Below the pieces are notes generated by a model, which saw only the letters and a program-made list of their open reading frames with translations, ran no database searches and had not been told where the DNA came from. This document shows, piece after piece, positions 21,474 through 31,616 of a DNA stretch of 64,000 nucleotides (the first letter of the stretch is position 1; the number at the start of each line of letters is the position of its first letter). A program made the translations under genes and the position numbers. Source of the stretch: Gammaproteobacteria bacterium (GTDB taxonomy: Bacteria; Pseudomonadota; Gammaproteobacteria; Burkholderiales; Sulfuricellaceae); contig JAHJJI010000115.1 in NCBI GenBank assembly GCA_018823025.1, forward strand, positions 1,833 through 65,832. The letters run 5' to 3'.

Positions 21474-23390
21474 TTAAACCGCGCCTACCCTCTCGGCAAC
21501 CTCGCCCTTGAGCCGCTGAATCAACGCTTCCAGCGGCATCTGGCCTAGGTCTTCGCCCTTACGAGTACGCACGGCAACCTGTTTCGAAGCCACCTCTTTG
21601 TCCCCCACAATCAGGAGATAAGGCAACCTTTGCAAACTATGTTCCCGTATTTTATAGGTTATTTTCTCATTTCTCAAGTCCGCCTCGGCGCGCAGACCAT
21701 TCTTTTTGAGCTCAGCCACCACCTCACGCGCATAATCTGCCTGGGCATCGGTGATATTCATGACCACCATTTGCCGCGGCGCCAGCCACATCGGAAAAGC
21801 GCCAGCGTAGTGTTCGATCAGAATGCCGATGAAACGCTCAAGCGAGCCGAGAATGGCGCGGTGCAGCATGACCGGCGTCTGCTTGGCGCTCTCTTCGTTG
21901 ATATAGGTTGCGTCCAGCCGGCCAGGCATGGAGAAGTCCACCTGGATGGTACCGCACTGCCAGACACGATTCAGGCAGTCGCGTAGCGAGAATTCAATCT
22001 TGGGTCCGTAGAATGCGCCTTCGCCTGGCTGCAGTTCGAATTCCAGCCCCTTGCGCTTGAGCGCCGTTTCCAGGGCAGCCTCGGCCTTGTCCCACTCTTC
22101 GTCGGAGCCGACGCGCTGCTCAGGCCGGGTGGATAGCTTGACGACGATGTCAGCGAAGCCGAATTCAGCGTAGACCTTTTGCAGCAGATCGATGAACGTC
22201 GCCACTTCATCCTGGATCTGCGCTTCGGTGCAGAAAATATGGGCGTCGTCCTGGGTGAAATTGCGCACCCGCATGATGCCTGCCAGCGTACCTGAAGGCT
22301 CATTCCGGTGGCAGGAACCGAACTCCGCCAAGCGCAGCGGCAGGTCGCGGTAGCTCTTCAGGCCCTGGTTGAATACCTGAATATGGCACGGGCAATTCAT
22401 CGGCTTAACCGCGTAATCACGGTTTTCCGAATGCGTGGTGAACATCATCGCCTGGAACTTGTCCCAGTGACCCGACTTCTCCCACAGACTGCGGTCTACC
22501 ACCTGCGGTGTGCGGATTTCCTGGTAGTCGTTGTCGCGAAACACGCCGCGCATATACTGTTCGACGATCTGGTAAAGCGTCCAGCCATTGGGATGCCAGA
22601 ACACCATACCCGGCGCTTCTTCCTGAGTATGAAACAGATCCAGCAGCTTGCCGATCTTGCGGTGATCGCGTTTCTCGGCTTCTTCCAGACGGTGCAGATA
22701 GGCTTCCTGGTCTTCCTTCTTCGCCCAGGCGGTGCCATACACCCGCGTCAGCATTTCATTCTTCGAATCGCCGCGCCAGTAGGCGCCAGCCACCTTCATC
22801 AGCTTGAACACCTTGAGTTTGCTGGTGGAAGGCACATGCGGGCCGCGGCAAAGGTCGGTGAAATCGCCCTGAGTGTACAGCGACAGATCTTCGTCACTGG
22901 GAATGGATTCGATGATTTGCGCCTTGTACTGCTCGCCCAAATCCTTGAAGAAGGCAATGGCGTCGGAACGCGACAGCACCTTACGCTCGACTTTCAGGTC
23001 GGCTTTGACCAACTCCGCCATTTTCTTTTCAATGGCCAGCAGGTCATCAGGCGTGAACGGGCGTTTGTAGGAGAAATCGTAAAAGAAGCCATCATCGATC
23101 ACCGGACCGATAGTGACCTGAGCATCCGGAAAGAGGGATTTTACGGCTTGCGCGAGAAGATGCGCAGTGGAGTGGCGGATCACTTCCAGACCTTCGGCGT
23201 CCCGGTCGGTGATGATCGCCAGATCGCTATCGACCTCGATGCGATGGGATGTATCCACCAGCTTGCCATCGACCTTACCGGCCAGTGCCGCGCGAGCCAG
23301 GCCCGCACCGATGCTGGCAGCCACTTCGGCTACCGTTACTGGCTGATCGAATTTACGCTCGGAGCCATCAGGCAAGCGAATAACAGGCAT
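21474..23390 (-). CDS. thrS: Threonine--tRNA ligase
   Basis: The start [10 protein letters not shown] at 23390 matches the canonical ThrS N-terminus. The longer ORF-track start (23480) would overlap tRNA-Val. Class II aaRS motifs are present. Confidence 0.9.
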   Translation of the reverse strand: MPVIRLPDGSERKFDQPVTVAEVAASIGAGLARAALAGKVDGKLVDTSHRIEVDSDLAIITDRDAEGLEVIRHSTAHLLAQAVKSLFPDAQVTIGPVIDDGFFYDFSYKRPFTPDDLLAIEKKMAELVKADLKVERKVLSRSDAIAFFKDLGEQYKAQIIESIPSDEDLSLYTQGDFTDLCRGPHVPSTSKLKVFKLMKVAGAYWRGDSKNEMLTRVYGTAWAKKEDQEAYLHRLEEAEKRDHRKIGKLLDLFHTQEEAPGMVFWHPNGWTLYQIVEQYMRGVFRDNDYQEIRTPQVVDRSLWEKSGHWDKFQAMMFTTHSENRDYAVKPMNCPCHIQVFNQGLKSYRDLPLRLAEFGSCHRNEPSGTLAGIMRVRNFTQDDAHIFCTEAQIQDEVATFIDLLQKVYAEFGFADIVVKLSTRPEQRVGSDEEWDKAEAALETALKRKGLEFELQPGEGAFYGPKIEFSLRDCLNRVWQCGTIQVDFSMPGRLDATYINEESAKQTPVMLHRAILGSLERFIGILIEHYAGAFPMWLAPRQMVVMNITDAQADYAREVVAELKKNGLRAEADLRNEKITYKIREHSLQRLPYLLIVGDKEVASKQVAVRTRKGEDLGQMPLEALIQRLKGEVAERVGAV

Positions 23391-23402
23391 AACAACCCTA
23401 CC

Positions 23403-23433
23403 AAAACAAAAGTGCGGCATGGCCGCACTTTTT
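23403..23433 (-). terminator. Rho-independent terminator between tRNA-Val and thrS
   Basis: The minus strand reads GTGCGGC-CAT-GCCGCAC followed by TTTTGTTTTGG. Confidence 0.65.
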
Positions 23434-23440
23434 AAGAATT

Positions 23441-23517
23441 TGGTAGGCGCGATTGGACTCGAACCAACGACCCCCACCATGTCAAGGTGGTGCTCTAACC
23501 AGCTGAGCTACGCGCCT
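23441..23517 (-). tRNA. tRNA-Val (anticodon GAC)
   Basis: The reverse complement reads AGGCGCGTAGCTCAGCTGGTTAGAGCACCACCTTGACATGGTGGGGGTCGTTGGTTCGAGTCCAATCGCGCCTACCA. Anticodon stem is CCACC/GGTGG with loop TT-GAC-AT. Confidence 0.85.
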
Positions 23518-23540
23518 AAAAAACGAAACGGCATTCTATC

Positions 23541-24401
23541 TTAATTTCCCCGCCGTTTCAAATCGTGTTTTGCTGTGCCTCCCACATGCCTGTTCAGGAA
23601 CTCACCCAAAGCCTGAACCCAGGATTCGCGCACGAAAATAAATCCCTCGTTATGGCCGCCGCTAAGTTCGAGGAACTGCTTGGGGGCCTTCGCTGCGTCG
23701 TACAGCGCACGACCGTGCTGGTAGGGAATGATTTCGTCTTCGGGACTGTGGGCGATAAACACCGGCGCCTCGACCACGCGCAATGATGATCGCGTGTCGT
23801 AATCGAAGCGGGACAGCCACCGAACCGGAAGAAAGGGGTAGAACTTCGCCGCAAGATCGGGCACCGAAGTGAAGCCCGAGGCGATCACCAGCGCGCCCGG
23901 TCGATGGTGGGCAGCCAGCCAGGCCGCGACGGCGCCGCCCAGCGATTCGCCAAACAGCACGATGGTATCGGAAGGAATTTCCCTGACTTCAGTCAAGTAG
24001 CGCCAGGCCGCCTCGGCATCCTGATAGGTGCCCTGTTCCGAAGACTTGCCGCCACTGTTGCCGTAACCGCGGTAATCGATAATCAGGGTGCTGTAGCCGA
24101 GGCGGTGGAACATCAGCAGCGAATCGAGGCGATGGGAAATATTGCCCGCGTTGCCATGCAGGAACAGTACCGTGCCGCGGGATGATGGCGCGCTGGGGAC
24201 AAACCAGCCATGCAGAGCAACGCTGTCCGTCGTGACCAGTTTCACCTCCTCGTATTCGAGTCCGGCCTGGCGCGGCGTGGCAACCATTTCACGCCCGATC
24301 TCGGGGTAATAAACCATGCTCGACTGGGAAAAATACAGCACACCCATGACCCCAGCATAGGCCGCAGCCAGAATACCCAGAACAGACCACATCAGGCGCA
24401 C
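23541..24401 (-). CDS. Alpha/beta-fold hydrolase with N-terminal membrane anchor
   Basis: Nucleophile elbow GESLGGAV and HGNAGN oxyanion region. Confidence 0.75.
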   Translation of the reverse strand: MRLMWSVLGILAAAYAGVMGVLYFSQSSMVYYPEIGREMVATPRQAGLEYEEVKLVTTDSVALHGWFVPSAPSSRGTVLFLHGNAGNISHRLDSLLMFHRLGYSTLIIDYRGYGNSGGKSSEQGTYQDAEAAWRYLTEVREIPSDTIVLFGESLGGAVAAWLAAHHRPGALVIASGFTSVPDLAAKFYPFLPVRWLSRFDYDTRSSLRVVEAPVFIAHSPEDEIIPYQHGRALYDAAKAPKQFLELSGGHNEGFIFVRESWVQALGEFLNRHVGGTAKHDLKRRGN

Positions 24402-25177
24402 CCCGCTTCCTCGCCCATCCGCATCGCCGGATCCTGGCGGTAAAATTCGGCCAGCTGCCGGTACACCTCGGGATATTCCCGTCGCAAGATGTGCGGAACC
24501 TCAAAAAAAGCCTCGCTCATCACGGCAAAGAATTCAGCCGGGCTTTCAGCCGCATAAGGATCGATCATTGTTTCCGTGCCGGACTCGACTTTGGCGCTAA
24601 AGTCGTCAAATGCACCGGAGAAAACCTGCGTCCAGGCGACTCGATCCATTTCACGATGCAACGGCGGGAAACCATCCGGCACTCCATTCAGCATATCCAG
24701 CTTATGGGCAAATTCGTGTATCACCACGTTGACGCCGTCGTGTTCGCCGGAATGCTCTACGTCGACGCCGGACAGGATGACCGGCCCACGCTCCCAGGAT
24801 TCGCCGATCATCGGTTCGCGCACCTGGTGCACCACCCCGTCTTCATCCATGAATTCGTATTCCGGTACGAATTCGTCCGGATAGACGATGATCGACACCC
24901 AGCCCGCATAATAGTCCAGACCCAAATTGAGAATCGGCAAGCACGCCTGTGCGGCAATCTTCAACCTCATGTCGCCACTCAAGACATATCCATCCGCCGC
25001 AACCAGCTCTTTTTCGTGCAAAAATAAAATCACCAGTTCGCGCAATCGAATGATCTCGTCGCCTGACAAACCACCCAGTAACGGCAAGGATGAAATGGCA
25101 TCCCTCCATGCCGGTTCTGGCAGGGTATCGTGCGCCTGGATACGCCTCCTGCGCCAGTTCCTGAAACTCCACACCAT
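24392..25177 (-). CDS. MtfA-like zinc metallopeptidase (M90 family)
   Basis: HEFAHKLD zinc motif and overall resemblance to MtfA. Confidence 0.7.
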   Translation of the reverse strand: MVWSFRNWRRRRIQAHDTLPEPAWRDAISSLPLLGGLSGDEIIRLRELVILFLHEKELVAADGYVLSGDMRLKIAAQACLPILNLGLDYYAGWVSIIVYPDEFVPEYEFMDEDGVVHQVREPMIGESWERGPVILSGVDVEHSGEHDGVNVVIHEFAHKLDMLNGVPDGFPPLHREMDRVAWTQVFSGAFDDFSAKVESGTETMIDPYAAESPAEFFAVMSEAFFEVPHILRREYPEVYRQLAEFYRQDPAMRMGEEAGCA

Positions 25178-25340
25178 GGCATCCTAAAATAACACAACCA
25201 ATTGATTTAAAGATCTATTTATCGTATTAAAAATATCTTTAAATCATTTTTTATCCTCTATATTTAAGTAATTCATGGAAGGCACTCATCTTCCATTGAA
25301 AGGTTCCTGTCAACGAGTAAACACGACACGGAGGGACAAA

Positions 25341-25541
25341 ATGAATAGCTTGATCATTCAAACCGAAGCAATGCTGTATGAGTTCCGCAAGAGCATTCCA
25401 ACCGACTGCAAGACCGCCAAATCCATTGACCGCAACGACTCCTGGGACAAAGTTGCAACATTCGCCAAGAACGACGGATTTGTGGAACTCGCCGAACAAC
25501 TGGAGGCATCAAAATATCAATTGTTTAAACAAGCTCACTGA
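25341..25541 (+). CDS. Small hypothetical protein (66 aa)
   Basis: ATG 25341 is preceded by GGAGGG. It lies in an AT-rich intergenic islet. No recognisable domain. Confidence 0.4.
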   Translation: MNSLIIQTEAMLYEFRKSIPTDCKTAKSIDRNDSWDKVATFAKNDGFVELAEQLEASKYQLFKQAH

Positions 25542-25548
25542 AAACCGA

Positions 25549-27735
25549 TCAGCTGCGCCGCCACGCCCCAGCCACACCGGGCACTTCCCGGATCTGGGCG
25601 AGGATGCGCGCGAGCTGATCAAGATCAGCGATCTGCACGGTAAACCGCATTCCCGCCTGTAGCCCCCGGCTTAGCGTGCTGACTGCCGTGACATTGATTT
25701 TCTCGCGCGTCATCACCTCGGAAACATCACGCAGCAACCCCTGCCTGTCATTCGCCTCGATCTCGATATCCACCTCGTAATGACCGCCGCTCTTCGCTCC
25801 CCAGCTGGCGACGAGCAACCGGTCACGCTGGCTCTCATCGAAATGCAGAACATTCGGGCAATCCTGACGATGGATCGCCACGCCACGCCCCCGCGTAACG
25901 AAACCGATGATGGCATCCGGCGGCACGGGCTTGCAGCATTTGGCAATCGTGGTGAGCATCCCACCCTCGCCGTGAAGCAGCACACCGGATGCAGAGGGGC
26001 CGATACCCGCACGGGGCGCGGGCAGATGCCATTCCTCCTCCTTTGGCTCGACCTCTTCCTGGATCGCTGCCATTACCTGACGGGCAGTAATGTCGCCGCG
26101 GCCGATGGCAGCGAGCAAATCCTCAGGCCTGGCGAAGCGGTTTTTCTGCGCCAGTGTTTCCAGGTTGGGCAGGGGCAGACCAAGGCGGTGGGTTTCTTTT
26201 TCCAGCGCCTCGCGCCCCTGAGCGACATTCTCTTCGTAGTGCTGATGCTTGAACCAGTGGCGAATTTTCGCCTTGGCGCGCGAGGTCCTGACATAGCCCA
26301 GGTTGAAGTTGAGCCAGTCGCGCGAAGGCCCGCCTTGCTTCACGGTGATGATCTCGACGCGCTGACCGTTCTGCAACGGGTAAGTAAGCGGCACAATATT
26401 GCCGTCTACCTTGGCGCCACGACAGCGATCGCCCAGATCGGTGTGAACATGATAGGCGAAGTCGATCGGGGTCGCCCCCTTAGACAGCGCCACCACCTTG
26501 CCCTGGGGAGTAAGTATGTAAACCGTATCCTGGAACAGCCCGGTCTTGAATTGCTCCATCAGCTCGCCGGCATCGTGGACGTCCTCCTTCCACTCCATGA
26601 TCTGGCGCAACCAGGCGATTTTTTCCTCGAACCCGGCGTCCTGTCTGCCGCCTTCCTTGTAGCGCCAATGTGCAGCCACGCCCAGCTCGGCATGGTTATG
26701 CATGTCGTGGGTACGGATCTGGACTTCCAGCGCCTTTTCCTCTGGCCCGACTACAGCGGTGTGCAGCGAGCGATAATCGTTGCCCTTGGGATGGGCAATA
26801 TAATCGTCGAACTCGCCCGGAATCGGCTGCCACAGGCTATGGACCACGCCCAATGCGGTGTAGCAGTCCTTGAGATCGTTCACCAGCACCCGCACAGCGC
26901 GCACATCATAGACCTCGGAGAAATCCACCCCCTTGCGCTTCATCTTTTTGTAAATGCTGTAGATGTGCTTGGGACGGCCAGACACCTCGGCAACGACACC
27001 GTTCTTATGCAGTTCCTGGCGCAACTGCTCGCGCACGTCCGCAATGTACTGCTCGCGGCCAAGTCGTTTCTCGTCCAGCAACCGGGCGATTTTCTTGTAA
27101 AGATCAGGCTCGAGGTAGCGGAACGACAGGTCTTCCAGCTCCCACTTCACCTGCCACACACCGAGACGGTTCGCCAGCGGCGCAAAAATGTCCTGCACCT
27201 CATGCGCTACGCGATGGCGGGTGTCTTCGTCAGCAACCGAAAGCTCGCGCATGGCCTGGGTGCGCTCGGCCAGTTTGATCAGCACCACCCGGATATCCTC
27301 CACCATCGCCAGCAGCATTTTGCGCAGCGACTCGATATGAGCACCCTGCTCACGCTTGTCGCCACCTGCCGGTGCGCTGTATTCGCTGATCTGACCCATG
27401 CGGGCAACACCGTCCACCAATCTGGCGACCCCATCGCCGAAGATAGTCGCCACTTTGGCTAACCCTTCCGGATCGTGCTCTGCCGCTCCCTGCAGGATTG
27501 CGGCAACAATGCTTTCCTGATCCAGGTTCTGATGCGCCAGAATAACCGCGGTGCCCAGCGCATGTCTCATGGCGTCCGGATCTTCGGTGTTAAGTTCCTG
27601 CGCAAACTCGCAGGCATGCAAAAGGACTTCCCGCTCCTGGGAATTGAACCTTATACCCAGGGATTCCAGCCAGGAAGGGAAATCAGATTGATCACCGCCG
27701 TTCGGCAGTGCTTGAGAAGTGTGTACGGAAACCAT
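25549..27735 (-). CDS. relA: GTP pyrophosphokinase RelA ((p)ppGpp synthetase I)
   Basis: Strong resemblance to E. coli RelA as I recall it (RKMLLAMVEDIRVVLIKLAER, YGRPKHIYSIYKKM-like, ELGVAAHWRYKEG). The hydrolase HD position reads QG...EHD, i.e. degenerate as in RelA rather than SpoT. Confidence 0.85.
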   Translation of the reverse strand: MVSVHTSQALPNGGDQSDFPSWLESLGIRFNSQEREVLLHACEFAQELNTEDPDAMRHALGTAVILAHQNLDQESIVAAILQGAAEHDPEGLAKVATIFGDGVARLVDGVARMGQISEYSAPAGGDKREQGAHIESLRKMLLAMVEDIRVVLIKLAERTQAMRELSVADEDTRHRVAHEVQDIFAPLANRLGVWQVKWELEDLSFRYLEPDLYKKIARLLDEKRLGREQYIADVREQLRQELHKNGVVAEVSGRPKHIYSIYKKMKRKGVDFSEVYDVRAVRVLVNDLKDCYTALGVVHSLWQPIPGEFDDYIAHPKGNDYRSLHTAVVGPEEKALEVQIRTHDMHNHAELGVAAHWRYKEGGRQDAGFEEKIAWLRQIMEWKEDVHDAGELMEQFKTGLFQDTVYILTPQGKVVALSKGATPIDFAYHVHTDLGDRCRGAKVDGNIVPLTYPLQNGQRVEIITVKQGGPSRDWLNFNLGYVRTSRAKAKIRHWFKHQHYEENVAQGREALEKETHRLGLPLPNLETLAQKNRFARPEDLLAAIGRGDITARQVMAAIQEEVEPKEEEWHLPAPRAGIGPSASGVLLHGEGGMLTTIAKCCKPVPPDAIIGFVTRGRGVAIHRQDCPNVLHFDESQRDRLLVASWGAKSGGHYEVDIEIEANDRQGLLRDVSEVMTREKINVTAVSTLSRGLQAGMRFTVQIADLDQLARILAQIREVPGVAGAWRRS

Positions 27736-27798
27736 TGCGAAATGATAGCAGACTTGGCCAGTAATATAGGTTGGGCAGGCTGAAAGCCGTAACCCAAC

Positions 27799-29388
27799 CT
27801 ACCGTTCCTGCCAGTAGCGATGTCTCTCCTGGCGCCAGGTTTGCAGCTTGACGCCCCCTTCGCTCTCAAAGCGCAGCAGCACCGCACCATCTTGGTCCGA
27901 ACGGTACAACCGGCTACCCAACACCCGGTAGCGTTCCACCACTTCCGGCTTGGGATGACCAAATTGGTTGCGATATCCCGCAGTAAAAATCACGATGGAC
28001 GGATTAACCTGGCGAATGAACGCCTCGGTGGAAGAACTCTTGCTGCCGTGATGCGGCGCCACCAAAAGCGTGGCGGCCAGGGCAGCGGGGGTACGCGCAA
28101 GGATTTCCGTTTCCGACTCGCGCTCGATGTCAGCAGGCAACAGCACACTGCCGTAGGCCGAGGTGATTTTCAGCGTACAGCCGCGGGCATTCTTTCTGAG
28201 TCGCTCGTCGGCGTAACTTTCCCAGCCTGGATGGAGCATTTCAAAACGCACCCCATCCCATTCCCAGGATTGGCCGGCGAAGCAGGGCAGCGACTTTCGA
28301 GCGTGGGACAAGATAGGGCTATCTGCGGGTAATGATGAAGCCAGCCAGCCGACCGGAACCGCATCCAGCACCGAAACCGCCCCGCCGCTGTGGTCGCTGT
28401 CGTCATGGGTCACGATCAGCCCGTCGAGCCGTTTGATGCCGGCAGCGCGCAGGTAAGGCACCACGATGCGGCTGCCGCTGTCGGCATCGGCGGTGTAGCG
28501 CGGGCCGGTATCGTAAAGCAGGGCGTAGTTTTGGGTCTGCACCACCACCGCCAGCCCCTGCCCGACATCCAGCACGCTAAGCCACAAGGCACCCTGCGCG
28601 GGCTGCGGCGGCAACACCAGGAACAATGGCACGAATCCCGCCGCACCCAGCCAGCGCGCCGGAAATCCACGCGGCAACAGCAGCCAGAGAATGCCCAGCG
28701 CCGCTGCCAGCGCCGTCCACAGCGGCGGCGCGTGCTGCTGCCACACCGCATCCGGCAGCTGGCTCAGCCATTCCAGCGCGGCCATGCACCAAGCCATTAC
28801 CTGATGCGCCAGCAGCAGCGGGAAATCGAGCGGCAGAATCGCTCCCGCCAAGGTCAGCGGCACCACCACCAGGCTGATGACCGGGATAGCGAAAGCATTG
28901 GCCAGCGGTGAAACGATAGACACCTGCTGGAACATCAGCAGCAAAGCCGGGACCAGACCGAGCGTCACGGCCCACTGTACATTGGCCCATTCGCGCAACC
29001 AGTGCGGCCTGCCGAGGCGTCCGACGCCAACATAAAGAATCACCGCCACCGCGCCGAAGGACAGCCAGAAACCCGGCGACAACACCGCCCACGGATCTAT
29101 CAGCAGCACCACCAGAACGGCCAGCGCCAGCACCGACGAAGCCGAGCTGGCGCGCCCCATCCACAATGCGGCTGCCACCACAGAAAGCATGTACAGGGTA
29201 CGCTGGGTCGGCACGCCGAAACCCGACAGCAGCGCGTAGAGCAAGGCCGCCAAGGCACCAGCCACGGCCGCCGCCTTGCGTGCCGGCAGGCGCAGGGTGA
29301 GCCTCTGGCTGCGCCGCCACAGGCCATAGACCAATGCAAAGGCCAGGCTGGAGATCAAGGTAACGTGCAGTCCGGAGATGCTGCTTAG
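27799..29388 (-). pseudogene. comEC: comEC/rec2 (DNA internalisation competence protein), N-terminal ~1/3 missing
   Basis: The frame is open up to 29388 and begins right at the conserved ISGLHV motif. Only the membrane 'competence' domain and the metallo-beta-lactamase domain (VTHDDSDHSGG) remain, with no N-terminal region. AT-rich foreign DNA starts at 29389. Confidence 0.8.
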
Positions 29389-29590
29389 TTATCTATTAAA
29401 ACGTAAAACTGGTAGAGATGTTCTTGAAGTGCTGGAAAATAACGTTTTAATAGATATTAGATCGACACCAGATATTCTGAATTCTTAATCAGAGGACTGC
29501 ACACAATTTTAATATGGTGGTTAACACGACACGTAAAAATTACGTTTTAATAGATATTAGATCGAGATTAGATATCTATTAAAACGTTAA
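29389..29590. repeat. Cluster of four copies of a 14-16 bp motif (acgttttaatagat) at the island boundary
   Basis: Copies lie at 29391-29404 (reverse), 29442-29455 (forward), 29542-29555 (forward) and 29574-29587 (reverse). Copies 2 and 3 extend to acgttttaatagatattagatcga. Copies 3 and 4 form a 16-bp-arm palindrome. Confidence 0.8.
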
Positions 29591-29623
29591 TATTAATCGC
29601 GTATTACTGGGCATCTAATTGGA

Positions 29624-29896
29624 CTAATACTCATCAGGAAGCAGCAGGCAAGTGGACGAACGATCTGCTTCTGTAATTACCCACAACTTATCGCCCTGCT
29701 CATTCATCTGGTAGCTGGACATAATTCTGTATCCATTCTCGATGCTGAGCTGATTTTCCTGCTTGTCTTCCTCAGGAACACATCCCCAATCACCATTAAC
29801 GTGGCGCTGTATCAAACTCCACGTATCAAGGTTGTTTTCCTCAATTGCCCGAAGTGCTCCTGGTGTAGCAACTACCTGACCTAGCTTAAACAGCAT
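29624..29896 (-). CDS. Conserved small plasmid/ICE-associated protein of unknown function
   Basis: I prefer the start at MLFKLGQ (29896). The pattern ...RHVNGDWGCV..EDK.EN...ITEADRSSTCLLLPDEY is one I recognise from plasmid and ICE accessory regions. Function unknown. Confidence 0.6.
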   Translation of the reverse strand: MLFKLGQVVATPGALRAIEENNLDTWSLIQRHVNGDWGCVPEEDKQENQLSIENGYRIMSSYQMNEQGDKLWVITEADRSSTCLLLPDEY

Positions 29897-30045
29897 GATT
29901 ATGCTCCGAAATAGATGGCCGAAATGGCACGTCATCTTCCGGTGGACAACCTCTGCTAGAGCACATGAATATTTTTACCCCAGCCTGTTGTCCTCATTAG
30001 GGTTTGGTTGGATGGTGGCCCTGCGGTTAAGAAAAAGGGTCACAA

Positions 30046-30240
30046 ATGAAATCACTAACAACTGAGCAGAAACAGCAACTGGTGGAAATCATCAATGAAG
30101 AATTCGGCAGCGGAATGTCGCTGGAAGAATTCACCGATGCCCTGCTTGGATTGTTGGAGGACATTTCCGGAGTCGAGACTGCACATCAACGCACCATCAA
30201 CAAACTTACTCAACAACTATGGAGTCAATATCATGAATAA
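30046..30240 (+). CDS. Hypothetical small acidic protein (64 aa)
   Basis: ORF with an upstream AAGGG. Its stop overlaps the next ORF start. Confidence 0.45.
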   Translation: MKSLTTEQKQQLVEIINEEFGSGMSLEEFTDALLGLLEDISGVETAHQRTINKLTQQLWSQYHE

Positions 30241-30514
30241 AGCCGTAACCGCACCAGCAGCAGCCGTTGAACCGAAGAAAATCGACCTCAACAAGCCGCT
30301 GATCAAGGAAGCCATTGCCAAGGGAAAAGCTCTTATCAAGGACGGCAAATCCAAGGCCGATGCAGCGATGGTCATTTTTGAAGCGTTGAAAGCAGAAGAA
30401 AAAGATGTTGTCATCGCTGCCTTTGTTCAAGGTGCGACGCTGACCGAGAAAGGAGCTGTTACCTACTGGTATAACTGCCGCCGCAAGGCAAAGAAAGCAG
30501 TGAAACCAGCTTAA
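30233..30514 (+). CDS. Hypothetical small basic protein (93 aa)
   Basis: ATG at 30233 overlaps the preceding stop. Lys-rich C-terminus (YNCRRKAKKAVKPA). Confidence 0.5.
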   Translation: MNKAVTAPAAAVEPKKIDLNKPLIKEAIAKGKALIKDGKSKADAAMVIFEALKAEEKDVVIAAFVQGATLTEKGAVTYWYNCRRKAKKAVKPA

Positions 30515-30614
30515 GGTGATGGGTAATCTAAATCCGTGGGCAATGGGTGTTTCCATAAAAACAATCGTTGCCCATGGATGAATGTTTGTGGATCATGGAC
30601 TCAACGATTAAGAA

Positions 30615-30836
30615 ATGGAGAAAACCATGAGCGACATTAACAACATCCTGACCCTTATAGCAAAAAATCATTTTGCCATCGAAACACTGGAAGTTAGAAA
30701 CCGTGACCAACTTGATTTCCATGAGGTCGGAGTGACCCAACTCAAGGACGCCTTATATGCCGCCTTTATGATTGGATGTGAAGTCGGCATTCAAAACCCC
30801 CAAGCCATTGGGACCGAAATTGACGATGAGTTTTAA
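30615..30836 (+). CDS. Hypothetical small protein (73 aa)
   Basis: ORF only. Motif LEVRNRDQLDFHEVGV. Part of a co-directional string of small genes. Confidence 0.45.
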   Translation: MEKTMSDINNILTLIAKNHFAIETLEVRNRDQLDFHEVGVTQLKDALYAAFMIGCEVGIQNPQAIGTEIDDEF

Positions 30837-31062
30837 CAAGGATCAACCTGGATCAAAGATTAAACCGAATATTCTGAAGGAGCTGGATGTGGAATACCAA
30901 CAATTCAATCAAGGTCAGAAAGTTAGGAATCAGTTCGGAGAAATCCGAACTGTCCTGCGTCAAATTGGATACCAAGTATTCGTCGAGGAGGAGTGCAATG
31001 GCCACTACCACCCGAGCAAGTTATTTTCCATCGAGGAATCAACTACATTTAAAAGCAGTTGA
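30826..31062 (+). CDS. Hypothetical small protein (78 aa)
   Basis: ATG 30826 overlaps the preceding stop (gatgagttttaa). Confidence 0.4.
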   Translation: MSFNKDQPGSKIKPNILKELDVEYQQFNQGQKVRNQFGEIRTVLRQIGYQVFVEEECNGHYHPSKLFSIEESTTFKSS

Positions 31063-31286
31063 TGATAGCAAATAATAAAGTCTGTCGATCACAATGACAA
31101 TTGGTTTCTAACGTTATTATTCAACGCCAATGGCCGCTCTGGAGAAAGACGACTGAGCACTCCCTCAGCGGTTCGTCAGGAGTATCGTCATGAAAACCCT
31201 CTCCTCGGGGCCAACCCGGATGATCGAGATTCTTTAGAAGCCTGAATATCAAAGCGGATTCTATAGCTTAGCTCCCACATCCCCCG

Positions 31287-31550
31287 TTGTTATCCATCTC
31301 AATTTCTTGCCGAGGAAAGCCAATGGTATGGGCCTACGGTTGCGTGAACGATGCAAAGCGGGGCCTGGAGAAATACTTCAGGCTGTACAACCAAGAAAGA
31401 CCACATTCATCGCTTGACGACAAAACGCCGGATGAGTTCTACTTCGACAACCTGCTTGTACTGCCAAAAGCAGCGTAGGCATTAACCGCAAGGCTTCCAC
31501 TTAAGAAATGGGAAATACTGTCCAATCTAGCGGAGCCACCTCTAGCGCCG
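31287..31550 (+). pseudogene. Remnant of an IS3-family transposase (C-terminal end of integrase-core domain) with terminal repeat
   Basis: Only the last ~55 aa are present (YFRLYNQERPHSSLDDKTPDEFY), followed by an IS3-type end (...actgtccaatctagcggagccacctc). Confidence 0.7.
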
Positions 31551-31616
31551 CCATTTTTTTGTATTTTGCATCAGTGACACTCCTATAGAATTAAATCGAC
31601 TTCTAGCTCGAATGGG

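Noticed and set aside
22308-23435. 375-aa ORF on the plus strand
   Set aside because: It is antisense to thrS, a shadow ORF in a GC-rich gene.
23391-23480. Longer thrS start at 23480 from the ORF track
   Set aside because: The extension overlaps tRNA-Val and a terminator hairpin. The canonical ThrS N-terminus [10 protein letters not shown] begins at 23390.
25780-27462. 560-aa ORF on the plus strand
   Set aside because: It is antisense to relA, the product is low-complexity and Arg/Gly/Leu-rich, and it has no RBS or domain.
28390-29388. Several overlapping ORFs on both strands within comEC (e.g. 28577-29320, 28390-28911, 29002-29388)
   Set aside because: They are alternative frames of a GC-rich membrane-protein gene, and the products are Arg/Ala/Gly-rich nonsense.
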